A program made the translations under genes and the position numbers. This document shows positions 1-14,639 of a stretch of 64,000 nt of DNA, one piece after another. The notes below the pieces were generated by a model. The model was not told where the DNA came from. It saw only the letters and a list, made by a program, of their open reading frames with translations, and ran no database searches. Source of the DNA: the human T2T-CHM13v2.0 reference genome, Homo sapiens; the NCBI RefSeq assembly GCF_009914755.1, contig NC_060936.1, one strand, 5' to 3'. Every line of letters begins with the position of its first letter. Position 1 is the stretch's first letter.

Positions 1-420
1 TAAGTGTCCACCAACAGATGGTTAAAGAAAATGTGGTTATGCATACACCACGGAATACTATGCAGCCATAAAAATAATGAAATCATGTCTTTTGCAGCAA
101 CATGGATGGAGCTGGGGGCCATTATCCTAAGTGAAATAACTCAGAAGCAGAAAATCAAACACCCCATGTTCTCACTTATAAGTGGAAGCTAAAGACTGAG
201 TGCACGTGGACATACAGAGGGGAATAATAGACACTGGGGACTCCAAAAGTGGGGAGAGTGGGAGGGGAAGGGTGAGGGTTGAAAAATTAACTATTGGGTA
301 CAATGTTCACTGTTTGGGTGATGGGTACACTAGAAGCCCAGACCTCACCACTACACAATATATCTGTATAATAAACCTACACATAAACCACCTGAATCTA
401 TGTATTAAAAAAGAAAGCAT
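1..420 (+). mobile_element. L1 3' end (ORF2 C-terminus plus 3' UTR), L1PB/L1MA-age
   Basis: ORF 4..192 is the L1 ORF2 C-terminus (SFAATWMEL..IILSE..Q.QK.KH.MFSLISGS), followed by an L1PB4-like 3' UTR and an A-rich end. Confidence 0.85.
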
Positions 421-1810
421 GAAAAAAATCCAAATAGTATTTCAAATGTATATAGGCTATGGTCCATTTCTAGGCATATCTAGCCTGCCTTCAGTATTCC
501 AAACTAATCACACTGAATTGTAATGGCTTAGTTTTCCATATGTGTGTTTTAGTTCAATAACTGGATTGAAAGCTAGTTGTGTGGTCCTAGATAAATTATT
601 GAATTTTGCTGAGCCCACTTTATCTGCAAATTAGAGATAATACTTACTTTGCAGGGTTGTAGTGAGGATTGGAAATAATGTATCCAAGGTGAATTTAATT
701 AAAAAGTAGTTACTTTTTTTTTGACTTCTGGCTTTAATAGTCTATGTACATAGGAGTTGTTTGTATTTTTATAATATTCCAGATGAATGACTATCCTAGC
801 ATCCCACTCAATTTAGATATTGAGCATCTATGACACATAAAGCACTGTTCATAACCCTAAAGGCCTGCTGAGCCTATATTTTTCAGATATGTTTCTTACA
901 TAAACCACATGCTGCTCTTCATCTTTAGCAATTTTCTTAGTCATGTGTTTCCTCAGTCTCTTACACCTTGCCTGGCCCATCATAGTAGGTGCTGAATAAA
1001 TGTGTGAGCTGAGTGGAATAATTTAGTAGGAAAAGAGAAACACACAAATTGGATAAAACCTGGCAGGCTACGATGAAAATGATTAACAGGTACAAAGTGC
1101 TTTGTACATTGGGAGATCAGGAGACATTAATTTTGATTAAGGTATCTGGGAATGCCCTGTGGAGTAGGCAGATTTGACCTGGGCCCCAATCATAGGGGCT
1201 GAGGCAAGGAGCTTAAAGATGGAAATGACAGTATGAGTTAAGGCTGAGAGGTAGAAGTAAACAGGGTGCGCTTTGTTATCAGGGAGTTATTGGTGGGGGG
1301 TGGGGCAGAAGAGTAGGGTAAACGAATGGGTACAGGTGGGAAGAAAAAATGTAGTTGGTTCCTACATTTTGAGGATTTTGATGTGACTAGTCATTCTTTA
1401 TAGTTTTAAAACGTTTCTGAAAAACACTGCTTTCAATATGGCCAGAGGCATCTTTGGGCAGAGTGGATCTGAGGGATGGCAGGGGTCGGGAAAGTGGCGG
1501 GCCAGAAATGACAACTGGCTTGCCCCGGAAGAAGGCAGGGAGTGGGAGGATGGCCGAGACCTTCGGCGGCACAAGAGCAGTTAGTGGCCAATATTCGCCC
1601 CGAGGTGAGGAAGGAGTGTCTGCGAGGAGGCGGGACACCCTTAGAGCTCAGCAGGCAGCAGGAAGCTGCAGAACAACGCTTATAAAGACATGTCACCCAC
1701 ACTGGGAGGGCAGCAGCGAAATCCGCGGCAGCCGGGTTGTTACAGCCTTTGAGGGAAGTCGCAAGACCCAGCTCCGCCCAACAGCATCGGGCCCCGCGCC
1801 CCGCCCCATG

Positions 1811-1886
1811 CCCTCGCCCCGCCCCTCATCCCTCGCCCCGCCCCTCGCCTCTCGCCCCGCCCCTCGCCTCTCGCCCCGCCTCCCGC
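1811..1886 (+). repeat. 19-bp GC-box minisatellite, 4 units
   Basis: Units ccctcgccccgcccctcat / ccctcgccccgcccctcgc / ctctcgccccgcccctcgc / ctctcgccccgcctcccgc. Confidence 0.85.
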
Positions 1887-2063
1887 GCTCCCCGTCAGGT
1901 TCAAAGCCCCCTCCCGCCTAACGTCTTCAGCCCAGCCAGGCTGCCCTTCTTCCCTGCGGAGGGAGGGCCTGGGCGGTCGCGTTGGCGGGAGGGAGGTTAC
2001 CTTTCCCAGTCTCGCTCTGGCCGCCTGAGCCAGGAGGAAGCAGCGGCGAGGTCTGCGGGAGGC

Positions 2064-2250
2064 ATGGCGGGAGCTCCGGACGAGCGCCGGCGGGGCCCCG
2101 CGGCAGGGGAGCAGCTGCAGCAGCAACACGTCTCTTGCCAGGTCTTCCCCGAGCGTCTGGCCCAGGGGAATCCCCAGCAAGGGTTCTTCTCCAGCTTCTT
2201 CACCAGCAACCAGAAGTGCCAGCTTAGGCTCCTGAAGACGCTGGAGACAA
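2064..2250 (+). CDS. ATP23: ATP23 coding exon 1 (MAGAPDERRRG...LLKTLET, phase 1 end)
   Basis: ATG 2064 in good Kozak context (ggcATGg); GT donor at 2251; protein recognised as human ATP23/KUB3; 187 nt. Confidence 0.97.
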
Positions 2251-2750
2251 GTAGGAGCCATGACCTGGAGGCTGTGGTTCCACAGAATGGGTCTGAGACC
2301 GGGTGGGCGAGGAAGGGCCTGGGCAACACCTGGCCAGGGGCTTCAGGTTCAGCACAGAGTCTAGACAGACTGGGCATCATGGGGGCTGGGTTGGGAGCCT
2401 GAGGCTCAGTTTCCCCACTAGAGGTGGCGCTGAGACCCTTTTCGTCGCTGTTTTTGGCTTGTGGAATGAATTTGTCTGCCCTTTTTTGTCACTCACTGTT
2501 GTGACAGATCCTCCGATTTCTTACATAAGTTATGCAGCCACACTGTGACTTCAGGGTAAGGGTGAGGCCAAGTTTTAAAGTGCCAGCCAGGTTAATTAAG
2601 GCACACAAAGGCTGTAAAAATGTAAAAATGTAATTAAGGCATACCAAGGCTGTAAAAATATAAAAGCAGTTTTGCAAACCTACCGTTCCTTGGAAGTGGT
2701 TCATGCATGAATGGGCTTCAGAGCGTAGAAATCCCTGAAATGGTCTGTGA

Positions 2751-3084
<334 letters not shown>

Positions 3085-3759
3085 CAAAGTGTATTTTTTT
3101 TTGGTCGGGGGAGAGAGTTAATAGCTTCATCATATTCTCAAAGAGGCCAACGACCCCACAAAGGTTAAGAACTGCTGTGGGTTAAACAGGGACACAACTG
3201 CCCATTGACAAATTTCTCTCCCGTCCCAGAGACATTGCACTAGAGAAGATTTCTTAATTCCTTTACATTGACATAGACTTCTTAAGTTTACTTTCAGATA
3301 CATTCAGAAAATTAGTCTTAAACATACTTGTCCCAAAGCAAGGTTACTATTTCATAGCTAGTCAGTCACAGTTCAAAAGTCAACCACCGAAAGATTTTCC
3401 AACCTTCTTGGGATTACCTGCTTGTAGAGACTCAGGGAGGTAGGAGGAGGAAGGGGAGTTGAGGGTAAAAGGGGAGAGAATGATGATATTGTATTTACTG
3501 TACAAATATGTATTGAGTGCCTCCCAGGTTCTGGTGGGGGAAGTAGAAAGATGAGTTAGCACCCTGCCTTGAAGGTGCTTCAAAGTGGAATAGAGTGGAA
3601 AGAGTATGGGTTGCAGAGTTAGATGTGGGTTCAAATGCGGATCCCTTTCCTCAGGTGTGGAAGGTGACTTAACTTCTCTGATCCTCACTATCCTTATTGT
3701 AAAAAAAGAGAAGGGGAAAATACCTTTTTTAGGGTTGTTGTGAAGAATAGATTTTATGG

Positions 3760-4053
3760 GGCTGGGTACGGTGGCTCATGCCTGTAATCTCAGCACTTTG
3801 GGGAGCCAAGGCAGGGGGATTGCTTGAGCTCAGATGTTTAAGACCAGCCTGGGTAATATAGGGAGACCCTGTCTCTACAAAAAATAAAAAAAATTAGCTG
3901 GATGTGGTGGCTCATGCCTGCAGTCCCAACTATTTAGGAGGCTGAGGCAGGAGATTTGCTTGAACCCAGGAGGCTGAGGCTGCAGTGAGCTGTTATTGCA
4001 TCACTGCACTCCAGCCTGGGCAACAGAGCGAGACCCTGTCTAAAAAAAAAAAA
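3760..4053 (+). mobile_element. AluJ-type
   Basis: Dimeric Alu with A tail, J-type gaggctgcagtgagc. Confidence 0.9.
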
Positions 4054-5605
4054 AGTACTGATTTTATGAATGTAAAGTACCAGCATATCAGGAGCTGAGC
4101 TGAATAAATGGTAGCTGTTTTTACAGTGGAAGGGCCACACAGTGGAGGAAGAGTGGAAATAGATAGGATGTGAGGAAGGTGGGGTGCTGAACATGAGCCC
4201 CAGTAGGAATCAATGGACCTTGATCTTCCAAGGGCAGGGTGGCTGGGAGGGTCTTTTGGTGGTATTAAAGTGTCAACCTGCAGCTTTAAAATGCTATCCC
4301 TGGGTGGGGCGTGGTGGTGGAAACCAGACCTCATGGGAGTCTCTTTTTTTTTTTTTTTTTTCACCAAAGCAATTTTATTCTAAATATTGCTGCAGGTCCT
4401 TTTTGAAGTACTAAACCATGGTTTTTTTTTTTTTTAAGTACAAGGACTACAGACTTTTGAAACTGTTTTAATTTTGTAAAATTCTCCTAGTTGCATGAAT
4501 AATAATGTGCTTAATATGGTGCCTGCTACCTGGTATTCACTCAATAATACGTATTGTTAACAATAATTATTCTACTGTGAACACTCTTGCAAGGGGCAGG
4601 TTGGTAAAGCAGTAACCTATACCTGACTTTCTCATCTCACATTTCTTTTTCTCACCTATTTTTGCCTTCAACATTTTTTTTAAACCTTAGTTTCTTTTTC
4701 ACTTTTTTTGGGTTACATCATATAATTGGCTGTGCATTTATATTCTCAGACAAGATGCCTATGTGAAAAGTTAATATCAGAGGCATTTGGGCTCCTTGTA
4801 CTTTCCTGTAGTAGTCACGGGCCCATAGAGTCTTAGATGTGGAAGGGCCCTCAGGAATCGTCTAGGCCTCCCCGTCCCCTTACAGGGAAACCTCTGTGCT
4901 ATTGCTGGCCAGATACTCTACAGACCTCTCCTGGAATACAGTTACCTGTTCCTTGAGGCTCTTTCAATCTACTGTCTATTGTTTCACCAGCTTTAATTGT
5001 TGGAGAAAAATCCTTTCTCATACTGAGCTGAAATCTGCCACATGTAACTTCCATACTTTGGTCCTTGTTCTGCCCTTTGAAGAAATATTAACTGAATCTA
5101 GTCCCACATGGCACCCCTTCAATACTTGAAAGTAGTGTGGTCCTAGTTAAGTCTTCTGTCTCCTTTCCAACCCCCCAAATCCTTTCTTGCTTCTTACTGG
5201 AAATAGTCTGTAGTACCCTAGTCACCATCCCCTGTGGAAGAGCTTCAGTGGCAGGTCCAATTTAGAAGGTGGTAGTACTCAGCATGGGACATGGTATTGC
5301 CGGTATGATCTGATCAGGACAGAACAGTGTGGCTACTGGCTTCCTCAAATCTAGGTACTGTGCTGTTGTTCACTTCTAAGAATGTGGCCCTAGATTCCCT
5401 CAGTCTTTTGGTATATACCGTAATACAACGTGTTTGATCATTTAACTAAAAATGAACTTTAAAAGCATAGTTGATATTGTCTAAGATGCTTAGTAGTACC
5501 ATCTTGGTATTTGTATTAGTGTTTTATTTCAGTACAAACTTGCTTTGATGTTGATTTAAGCTTGGCCTCTCATGTCAATTTTTACCAATTTTAAGATAAC
5601 ATTAC

Positions 5606-5893
<288 letters not shown>

Positions 5894-5989
5894 TGTGAGT
5901 TACTTTTTGATAATATCTTACACTGCTATTTGGGTAGTTTAATTGGTGCTACTTTTCCAATTACTTAATTAAATCAATATCTTTTTTAG

Positions 5990-6035
5990 ATCCATATGTC
6001 AAACTTCTGCTTGATGCTATGAAACACTCAGGTTG
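5990..6035 (+). CDS. ATP23: ATP23 exon 2 (NPYVKLLLDAMKHSGC)
   Basis: cttttttag acceptor, gtaagt donor at 6036; 46 nt; keeps frame with exons 1 and 3. Confidence 0.96.
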
Positions 6036-6222
6036 GTAAGTAACTCTTTTTGAAGTGCTGCTCTGAGGTCTGGCTGCTGAAAACAAAAACCAAGTTCTCT
6101 TCTTAAGAGAACTGCTTAAGATTTCTCTGAGGTCACAAAGTCTTTTCCATAGGGTAAATAGAGGTAATTGGCTGCATTGTCTCCGGGCTGGCCTTGTTCT
6201 CTTTGGACATTTTCTGCCCTAA

Positions 6223-6561
<339 letters not shown>

Positions 6562-6803
6562 TGATTAATAAAGACAGTACTCAAAATTTTCTTGTAAGTA
6601 ATTACCAAGCCTGGCCTTTCTGCTACACCAGCCTGAGCACTGTTTTTAATGGAAAAGAAATCTCAGCTTGTTATGTAGGAACCTTGCAGATGTTGTATAA
6701 CTTTGAGGGGTTTAAAGGAAGTGACTTCTGACATCCACTTCTTAACATTCTGGCCCAAGGGCAGGAACTCCAGCATACTTGCAATATGGCCATAATCAGT
6801 TGA

Positions 6804-7115
<312 letters not shown>

Positions 7116-7356
7116 GGGACAAATGTTTTATGGAATCATATCTATAGAATTTGAACTAGAATGGATTTTGTGTACAACCTCCTTATTTTACAGGTGAGAT
7201 AACAGTCCTGAAGATGTTGTTTCTTTCCCAAGATTTCCTATGTGTTAGTAGTAGAGGGGATTTACTATATGGTGGAGGGTCTCCTGAGCCCTGGCCCAGG
7301 GCTGTTTGCCACATACACACTGTTTCTGGACATTGTCTCCTTTTCTTGCCTTTTAG

Positions 7357-7438
7357 TGCTGTTAACAAAGATAGACACTTTTCTTGCGAAGACTGTAATG
7401 GAAATGTCAGTGGAGGTTTTGATGCTTCAACATCTCAG
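7357..7438 (+). CDS. ATP23: ATP23 exon 3 ([27 protein letters not shown])
   Basis: Polypyrimidine tract plus ag acceptor, gtaggc donor; 82 nt; part of ORF 7214..7474. Confidence 0.96.
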
Positions 7439-8648
7439 GTAGGCATTATTGCCAAATTGTTTCCTTCCCTTTAATCCTCTCTCTTTATATTTTTTGAGCA
7501 TCTTCCACATGCTCGGCATTCTGTTTGGTAGACTTTATGTAGGACTAAAAAAGTGAATTAGTTATCCTTACTCTAAGGAGTTTACTCTTAAAATCTCTTA
7601 AGGAGTTTACAGCCTTACAGGAAAGATAAGACATGAACACAGATAATTATAAAATGAGGCAAGCTAAACCATTTTAGGTGGGCTTGGTTACCACAATGGA
7701 ACAGTGATGTGATCGATTGAAAGATGCCAACAGATTCGACTAGAGGATATAAAGCCTCCTTAGGGGCAGAGCAGGGACAGAGCAGGGGCAGCATGAGCAA
7801 AAGTGCATGCTACGAAACTGCATGGCATGTGTAGGGAATGGCATATTGTCTAGTTTATCTGGAGGGCAGGAACATGTGGGGAATGAGGGAAAATAGGATT
7901 GGAAGGAAATGTAAGCCCTATGGTGGGAGGTTTTGAATGCTAAATTAAAGGGTTTTTACCTTTACGTGGTGAGAATTGATACTGCCTGTGAAAATTTTTT
8001 ATTAGGGGAGTTTTCTAATCTGTACAATTTGGGCAACGATTGTATCTATTTTATGGAATGATTATGAGAATTAAATGAGATATCTCTTATAGAGTTGCTT
8101 ATCTTAGTGCCTGGCCCATAGTAAGCATTCAATAAATTTTATTATTAGTTTTAAGTCATCAGAGAGTTTCGACAGAGTCTTGGAGGTGGTAGATAATGTC
8201 ATGTGATCAGGGTAAATGATGGTGTTATAAGTAACTGTTTCCCACTTGAATGTATAATTCATACTTAACTACACTTAACTGTTTCCTGCTGGATAATTTT
8301 GTATGTATTTAGGTTATTTATAGCATTTTTACAGTAATCATGTGAAGTGGCAATATAGAACAAGGATGAGAAGTCTAGATTTTGGAGTCAGACTTGAGTT
8401 CAAATCCTAGTTTCCTTGCTTATTATCTGTGGGGCTTGGGCAAGTTATTTTTCTTCTTCTCAGTTTCCTCATTTGTAAACTGGTAATCACAATACCTATA
8501 GCTCTCAAAATGGCTCTGGATAAGTTCACTCCCTTCTCGGTCCCCCCAGGGTTAAACAGAGTGCACATCTTGAACTTTCATCCTAATTCTCAGCAGTGTT
8601 GAACACAGTTGGGCACCCTCTCCTTTTATTTTATTATTATTTTTTAAA

Positions 8649-8944
8649 TTATTATTATTTTTGAGACAGAGTCTTACTCTGTCACCCAGGCTGGAATGCA
8701 GTGGTGCAATATGGGCTCACTGCAACCTCTGCCTCCTGGGTTCAAGTGATTCTCCTGCCTCAGCCTCCTGAGTAGCTGGGATTGCAGGCATGTGCCACCA
8801 TGCCCAGCTAATTTTTGTATTTTTAGTAGAGTCAGGGTTTCACCATATTGGCCAGGCTGGTCTTGAACCCCTGACCTCAGGTGATCCACCCATCTTGGCC
8901 TCCCAAACTGCTAGGATTACAGGCGTGAGCCACTGTGCCTGGCC
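8649..8944 (-). mobile_element. AluS-type
   Basis: Antisense Alu consensus. Confidence 0.9.
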
Positions 8945-8949
8945 TATTT

Positions 8950-9570
8950 TTTTAAATGAAAATTTTTATTATGAAGTATCTCATTCATACAGAAGAGTAA
9001 AACATCTATATGTACACTTTCAGTAATAATAAAGTGCACACCTATGTAACCACCACCCAGACTAGAGAAAAAGAACATTACTAGGACTTCAGAAGCCTTC
9101 GTGGTCCTCTTGAATCAGGTCCTTTTCCCTTCCTTATCCTGACTTTTGTGGTAACCATTCCCTGCTTTTCTGAATGGCTTTACCATCTACATATACAATC
9201 CAACAGTGTGTTATTTAGTTGCCTGCTTTTGAGCTTTATACATGTTATACTTTGAATTTTATGTAGCATTTTGTAGTATTATGAAATTGTACAGTATATA
9301 GTCTCCAATTACTTTCCACCTTCAGCATTTGTGAGATTCTTTCTTGTTGTTGTGTGTACCTCTCTGGTTTATTTCGTTTCCCTGTTATATGGTATTTATT
9401 CCGTTGTGTGTTTATACTATAGTTTACTCTAATATTGATTGTTTCCAACTTTGTTATTATGAACAATGCTGCTATGAATATTTTTGACCTTCGCTACTGG
9501 TGCACATGTGCAAGAGTTTCTCTAAGGTATATGCTCAAGAGCAGAATTACTGGGTCATATAGTTTGTATA
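8950..9570 (-). mobile_element. Old L1M (L1ME-like) 3' fragment
   Basis: Diverged antisense L1M 3'-end motifs (ttgtttccaact..attatgaacaatgctgctatgaat, gaattactgggtcata). Confidence 0.6.
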
Positions 9571-9867
9571 CACTTGACTTCAGCTGTTAATGCCAAACAC
9601 TTTCTTTGGTTTCTAGTATACAGCACTCTTCTGGTTGCTCCTTTGCTAGCTTACCTTCCTCTACTAGCATTTAAATGTCAAAGTCCCTCAATCCTTGGTC
9701 ATAGAGCCCCTTCTTTTCTTACTCTGCCAAGGAGGTCTCATCAATTTTCTGGGGTCAAAGCTCACTTTTAAGAACTCCACATTCCATATATCCAAGTGCC
9801 CATTTAACACCTCTACTTGAGCATCTTTTTATTTATTTATTTATTTTTATTTTTAAGGAAAAAAAGT

Positions 9868-10155
9868 TTTTTTGGGACAGGGTCTTGCTCTGTCGCCTAG
9901 GCTGGAGTGCAGTGGCGCAATCATGGCTCACTACAGCCTTGAACTCCTGGGCTCAAGCAATCCTCCCATCTCAGCCTCCTGAGTAGTTGGGACTACAGGA
10001 GTGCATCACTGGACCCAGCTAACTTTTAAAATTTTTTGTAGAGATGAGGTCTCACTATGTTGCCCAGGCTGGTCTTAAACTCCTGGCCTCAAATGATCCT
10101 TCCATTTCAGCCTCCCAAAGTGCTGGGATTACAAGTGAGAGCCACTGCTCCCCAC
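9868..10155 (-). mobile_element. AluJ-type
   Basis: Antisense Alu consensus, inserted in L2-like sequence. Confidence 0.88.
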
Positions 10156-10879
10156 CTACTTAAGGGTCTTAAGGACACTTCAGACTTGAAATGTGTAAGT
10201 CCAAATTCATGATTTTTACCATCCCCCATCTCCCCACTCAACCCAGTCTTTTAGTTTTGCATATCTCAGTGGATGGTGCTACCATCGACCCTATTAGCCA
10301 AGCCAGAAATTTATGGATCATCTTTGATACCCCTGATTCCTTCCCCGTATTCTATCAACATATTTTGTCTAATTTACCTCCTAAATAACTCTTTTGGCTT
10401 CCACCACCATTCTAGCTGAAGTGCTGTTCTCTCTTGCCTAGAATATTAGCCTTCAGCTAATTTCTCTGCATCCAGTTTTGGCCATCTCCTGCCTATTCTT
10501 CCAACTATAGTTAAAAGGATAAAAGCAAAATAAAACAAAAGCAGTCTTCTGTTTCAACATTCCCTTTATCCTGAGAGCTTCCCATTGCTCTTAGGGTAAA
10601 GACAAGGTCTTCAGGGATTTGGCCCCCCGACCTCACCAGCCGTATCTGTTGCCTACCACCCCCACCGCTGTGCTTCAACTCTAGGGCTCTCCTTTTAGCT
10701 TCTCAAGCATTTTCTTCCGTCAACCCTCCCTCTACGCTTTGCATAGGTTTTTCTCTCTGCCTAGAATACTCCCTTCCCCTCCACACCTCAAATTTCACTT
10801 CTATTCCTCCATTAGATACCAGTTTAACCATTCCTTCCACAGAGAAACCTTCCCCCACCTCCAGAGTAGGTCAGGCATT

Positions 10880-11189
10880 CTTTCTTTTTCTTTTTTTTTT
10901 TTTTGACACAGGGTCTCCCTTTCTTGCCCAGGCTGGAGTTCAGTGGCGTGTTCCTGGCTCACTGCAGCACCAACCTCCTGGGCTCAAGTGATCCTCCTAC
11001 CTCAGCCTTCCAAGTAGCTGGGACTATAGGCATGTGCCACCATGCCTGGCTAATTTTTATTTTATTTTTTTATAGAGATGGGGTTTTGCTCTGTTGCCCA
11101 GGCTGGTCCCGAACTCCTGGGCTCAAGGAATCTGCCTGCCTCAGCCTCTCAAAGTACTGGGATTATAGGCATGAGCCACTGCACCCAAC
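10880..11189 (-). mobile_element. AluJ-type
   Basis: Antisense Alu consensus. Confidence 0.88.
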
Positions 11190-11599
11190 CTCATTGTATA
11201 TGCTCATGACAACCTGGGTTTTTCTTCATGACAACTGTCATTGCATGTATGTAAACATTTTGGTAAATATTTGGTTAGTTTCTATCTCCATCAGTAGATT
11301 ATAATCTATTATTAGGTCTCAATAAGTATTAGTTGAATCAATGGATGTTGAATGAATGTATATAAATATCTGGCACATATCCCAGTGTCTGGCAGTAGTA
11401 CACAATCAATGGCAGCTATTACTATTAGGATCCCTTGTGTCTTTCTTATTCTTATAGGGTCCTGCTCAGTGTGCTGTTGTGTTTTGCACTTCTTTCTGAA
11501 GGTCTTTCTGATGAGTTTTCCCTGGCATTTGCCCTCATTCTAGTAAAATGAGGACAGTGGTGGTCATTCCTTTTTCATTCAATGCTCATTCAGAAACTT

Positions 11600-11805
11600 G
11601 ATAAGAAGTATTTTACATATATTCTCATTTAATTCTCACAGTTCTATGAGGTAGCTACCCTAATTATCTCCTTTTTATAGTTGAGGAAATTGAGGTACAG
11701 AGAGATTAAGAAACTTGCCTAAGGTCACTGAGTTAGTAAGGGGTGGAGCTGGAATTTGAATCTGTGTGCTTCATTCCAAAGCCCACTCTCTTAACCATAA
11801 TGCTG
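11600..11805 (-). mobile_element. MIR
   Basis: MIR core: ctcatttaattctcac..gaggaaattgaggtacagagagattaagaaacttgcctaaggtcac. Confidence 0.75.
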
Positions 11806-12119
11806 TGGAGTCCGAGACAGACTAGTACGATCAGCCCAGTAAGGATGGTGTGTGAATACGTGTCCTTAATCTAAGTACTGCTGTAGTCCAGAGAGAGGAG
11901 AAGGGAGAAGTTAGTCACTGGGCGAGGCAATTGGAGCATGTACACTTAGGACTAGGACTTGTCCCATGGGTAGATGTGTGGCCAATGAAGAAGAGTGGGT
12001 AGAGATATTCCAGGCAGGTGAGCTTGTGGGGGAGAGGTGAGGTCATGTGGGAGAGAAGATCGAGTCTATGGAAGGAGATTTTAGAATCACTGAACTTCTT
12101 TTATTTTGGTGTCTCCTAG

Positions 12120-12257
12120 ATAGTTTTGTGCCAGAATAATATCCATAATCAGGCCCATATGAACAGAGTGGTCACACACGAGCTTATTCATGCATTTGAT
12201 CATTGTCGTGCCCATGTCGACTGGTTCACCAACATCAGACATTTGGCGTGCTCAGAG
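12120..12257 (+). CDS. ATP23: ATP23 exon 4 with HEXXH zinc-binding motif (HELIH, 12177-12191, residues 125-129)
   Basis: ctcctag acceptor, gtgagt donor; 138 nt; [46 protein letters not shown], peptidase M76 signature. Confidence 0.97.
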
Positions 12258-13967
12258 GTGAGTTTTATTGTATTTTTCTCCAGAATACTCTATGCTTGAA
12301 TATTTTATTCAAGTGTAATTTATTTAAATGTATTCCTTTTCTTACTGTCATAGTTCTACCTTAGTCTTGAATTTCGGTTTATAACTAACATTGAATACCA
12401 TTTTTGATATACAGTTAGAGAAATTTAAAGTGTATTTTTAGAATTCTCTTAACTATATCCTGTAAGTCCTAGTAATAGTGATGACTGACTTTAATAAGCT
12501 ATTAATTTTTTCCTATGGAATATATTTTATAATGTATTCCATAGGAGACATTAATAATAAAAATAAAAATAAAAAAATAATTAAAATTTACTGAGGGCTG
12601 TGTTCCAAACACTGTTCTGTTTGCACAGATTCTTATTTAATCTTCACAATAACCTACTGAGATAGATATTATACTATTATTGTCCCTGTTTTACATATGT
12701 GGAAAGTGAGACAGTTGTTTAGATTCCAAAGTTAGTAAGTGGTAGAGGCAGGATTACAACTAGTGTTTTTAACTAGCTTGCCCAGCTGCCTTCCATAGAG
12801 CTCCTTGCTTGCCCTAGAGTAAAACATGCTCTTTTCAAAAATACAACATAAAAAGATATTTATTACTAAGCACGTTGGATTGCTCTTGGAATATGCTCCT
12901 AGAGAGAGCGTATTCTGCATATGCATATACTTGGATGTCATTAATTGAAGAGTTAATTAAAATAATCTAAATCTCAAGCCTATACTATATAACTTCGATT
13001 ATTTCCCTTTCTCTTGAAATTAATATGTAGCCCCCTGCATCTAATTATAATTCCAATTATTTGGAGAATAGACTGAAACCTGAATTTTTAAATAGGTCTC
13101 TTTCTTGGGTACTGTGAGAATTAATGCCTTTTAGCTAGTTAAAGTGTGTTAAGTACTTTGAGCTCCTCAGAGGAATGAGGCCATAATATTGAAGAAGGAA
13201 CAAGAAGTGGGCCATTCTGTTAGCAATGAATTAGCAAAAATGTGGTCAAGCTGCCTGTAGAATCTATGTGGGTAGTTCTAAGACTTTTTCATTCATTGAA
13301 GTATAGTAAATCTGAAAATATGTCCTAATTTCAGGCTGTCATGCTCATAGCGTGACCAGTTTGGAATGTTCTTGATTCTTTGTGTTTTGTATTGCTTCAT
13401 TTTTCATAGGACAATCAAGTCCCTAGAGGAAGGTCATGAACTTATATAGGTTTGAGGGAAGCTCCAAGGGAGATTCGGGCAAGGGTTGGGAGGGGCATAT
13501 TCTCAAAGTGTCTCAGATATTAATGCATTCAGTTTTAAGGTCACATTGAAACTCAGTTTATTTCAAGAATGCTTTCTTGAAGTACTTTTGGCAATTTCTA
13601 CAAGTATTTGTATCTTGTAGAGTGTGTAGTTTAACTCTGAGGTCTAGCTCTCTGACTTTTGGTTCCAAAAGAAATTAGTTCTGTCAGTAAAGCTACGCAT
13701 AAAGTTTAGAAAATTTCCTTTGGTAGGCGATTGAACTTTTCCCCATCTCTCCAGTGTATTTGGCATTGTCTAGCATAGCTCATAGATATTTGCTCTCGTT
13801 GTCAATAGAGTTTAAAAAGTCCTTTAAGAAGAAGTGTCACAAATACTCTTTTCTCAGACAAAGATGCTAATTTTATATTCTTTTCTAATTTTTAAAAATT
13901 GGTTGATATCATAAAGATATATAGAGCATGAGCGTTTATTTCTTTTTATTTGTCTTCTGTGTGATAG

Positions 13968-14051
13968 GTTCGAGCTGCTAACCTTAGTGGAGACTGCTCA
14001 CTTGTCAATGAAATATTCAGGTTACATTTTGGATTAAAACAACACCACCAG
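13968..14051 (+). CDS. ATP23: ATP23 exon 5 ([28 protein letters not shown])
   Basis: gtgatag acceptor, gtaaaa donor; 84 nt, phase 0-0. Confidence 0.96.
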
Positions 14052-14279
14052 GTAAAAACTAATATGAAATCACTTCCCCTCCAGAGTGTTACGAGTGGAA
14101 ATAATGAATAAAGAAATGAAAAGTACATTCAGTATTTGAAATTTGAAAGAACTTCGTATGTGAAAAGAATACAAAGTATGTACCATTTAAACAAAGTAGA
14201 TGGAATTTAGTTCTACTTTGTAATTATGGGCAAGCTATGTGACTCAATGAGTGTGTGAGATAGTCTAATAATGAAAAGA

Positions 14280-14639
<360 letters not shown>

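Larger units (their letters stand above)
1480..2310. promoter_or_regulatory. CpG island / ATP23 promoter and exon 1 region
   Basis: Very high GC and CpG density against an AT-rich background; multiple GCCCCGCCCC boxes at 1798-1880; contains the ATP23 ATG. Confidence 0.9.

Noticed and set aside
2412-2432. CTCF-like word ccactagaggtggcgct in intron 1
   Set aside because: Neither register fits the core without a gap; too weak to call from sequence
1387-2548. Many overlapping ORFs on both strands, including 221 aa at 1737..2402
   Set aside because: Expected in a stop-poor CpG island; only 2064-2250 has splice and homology support
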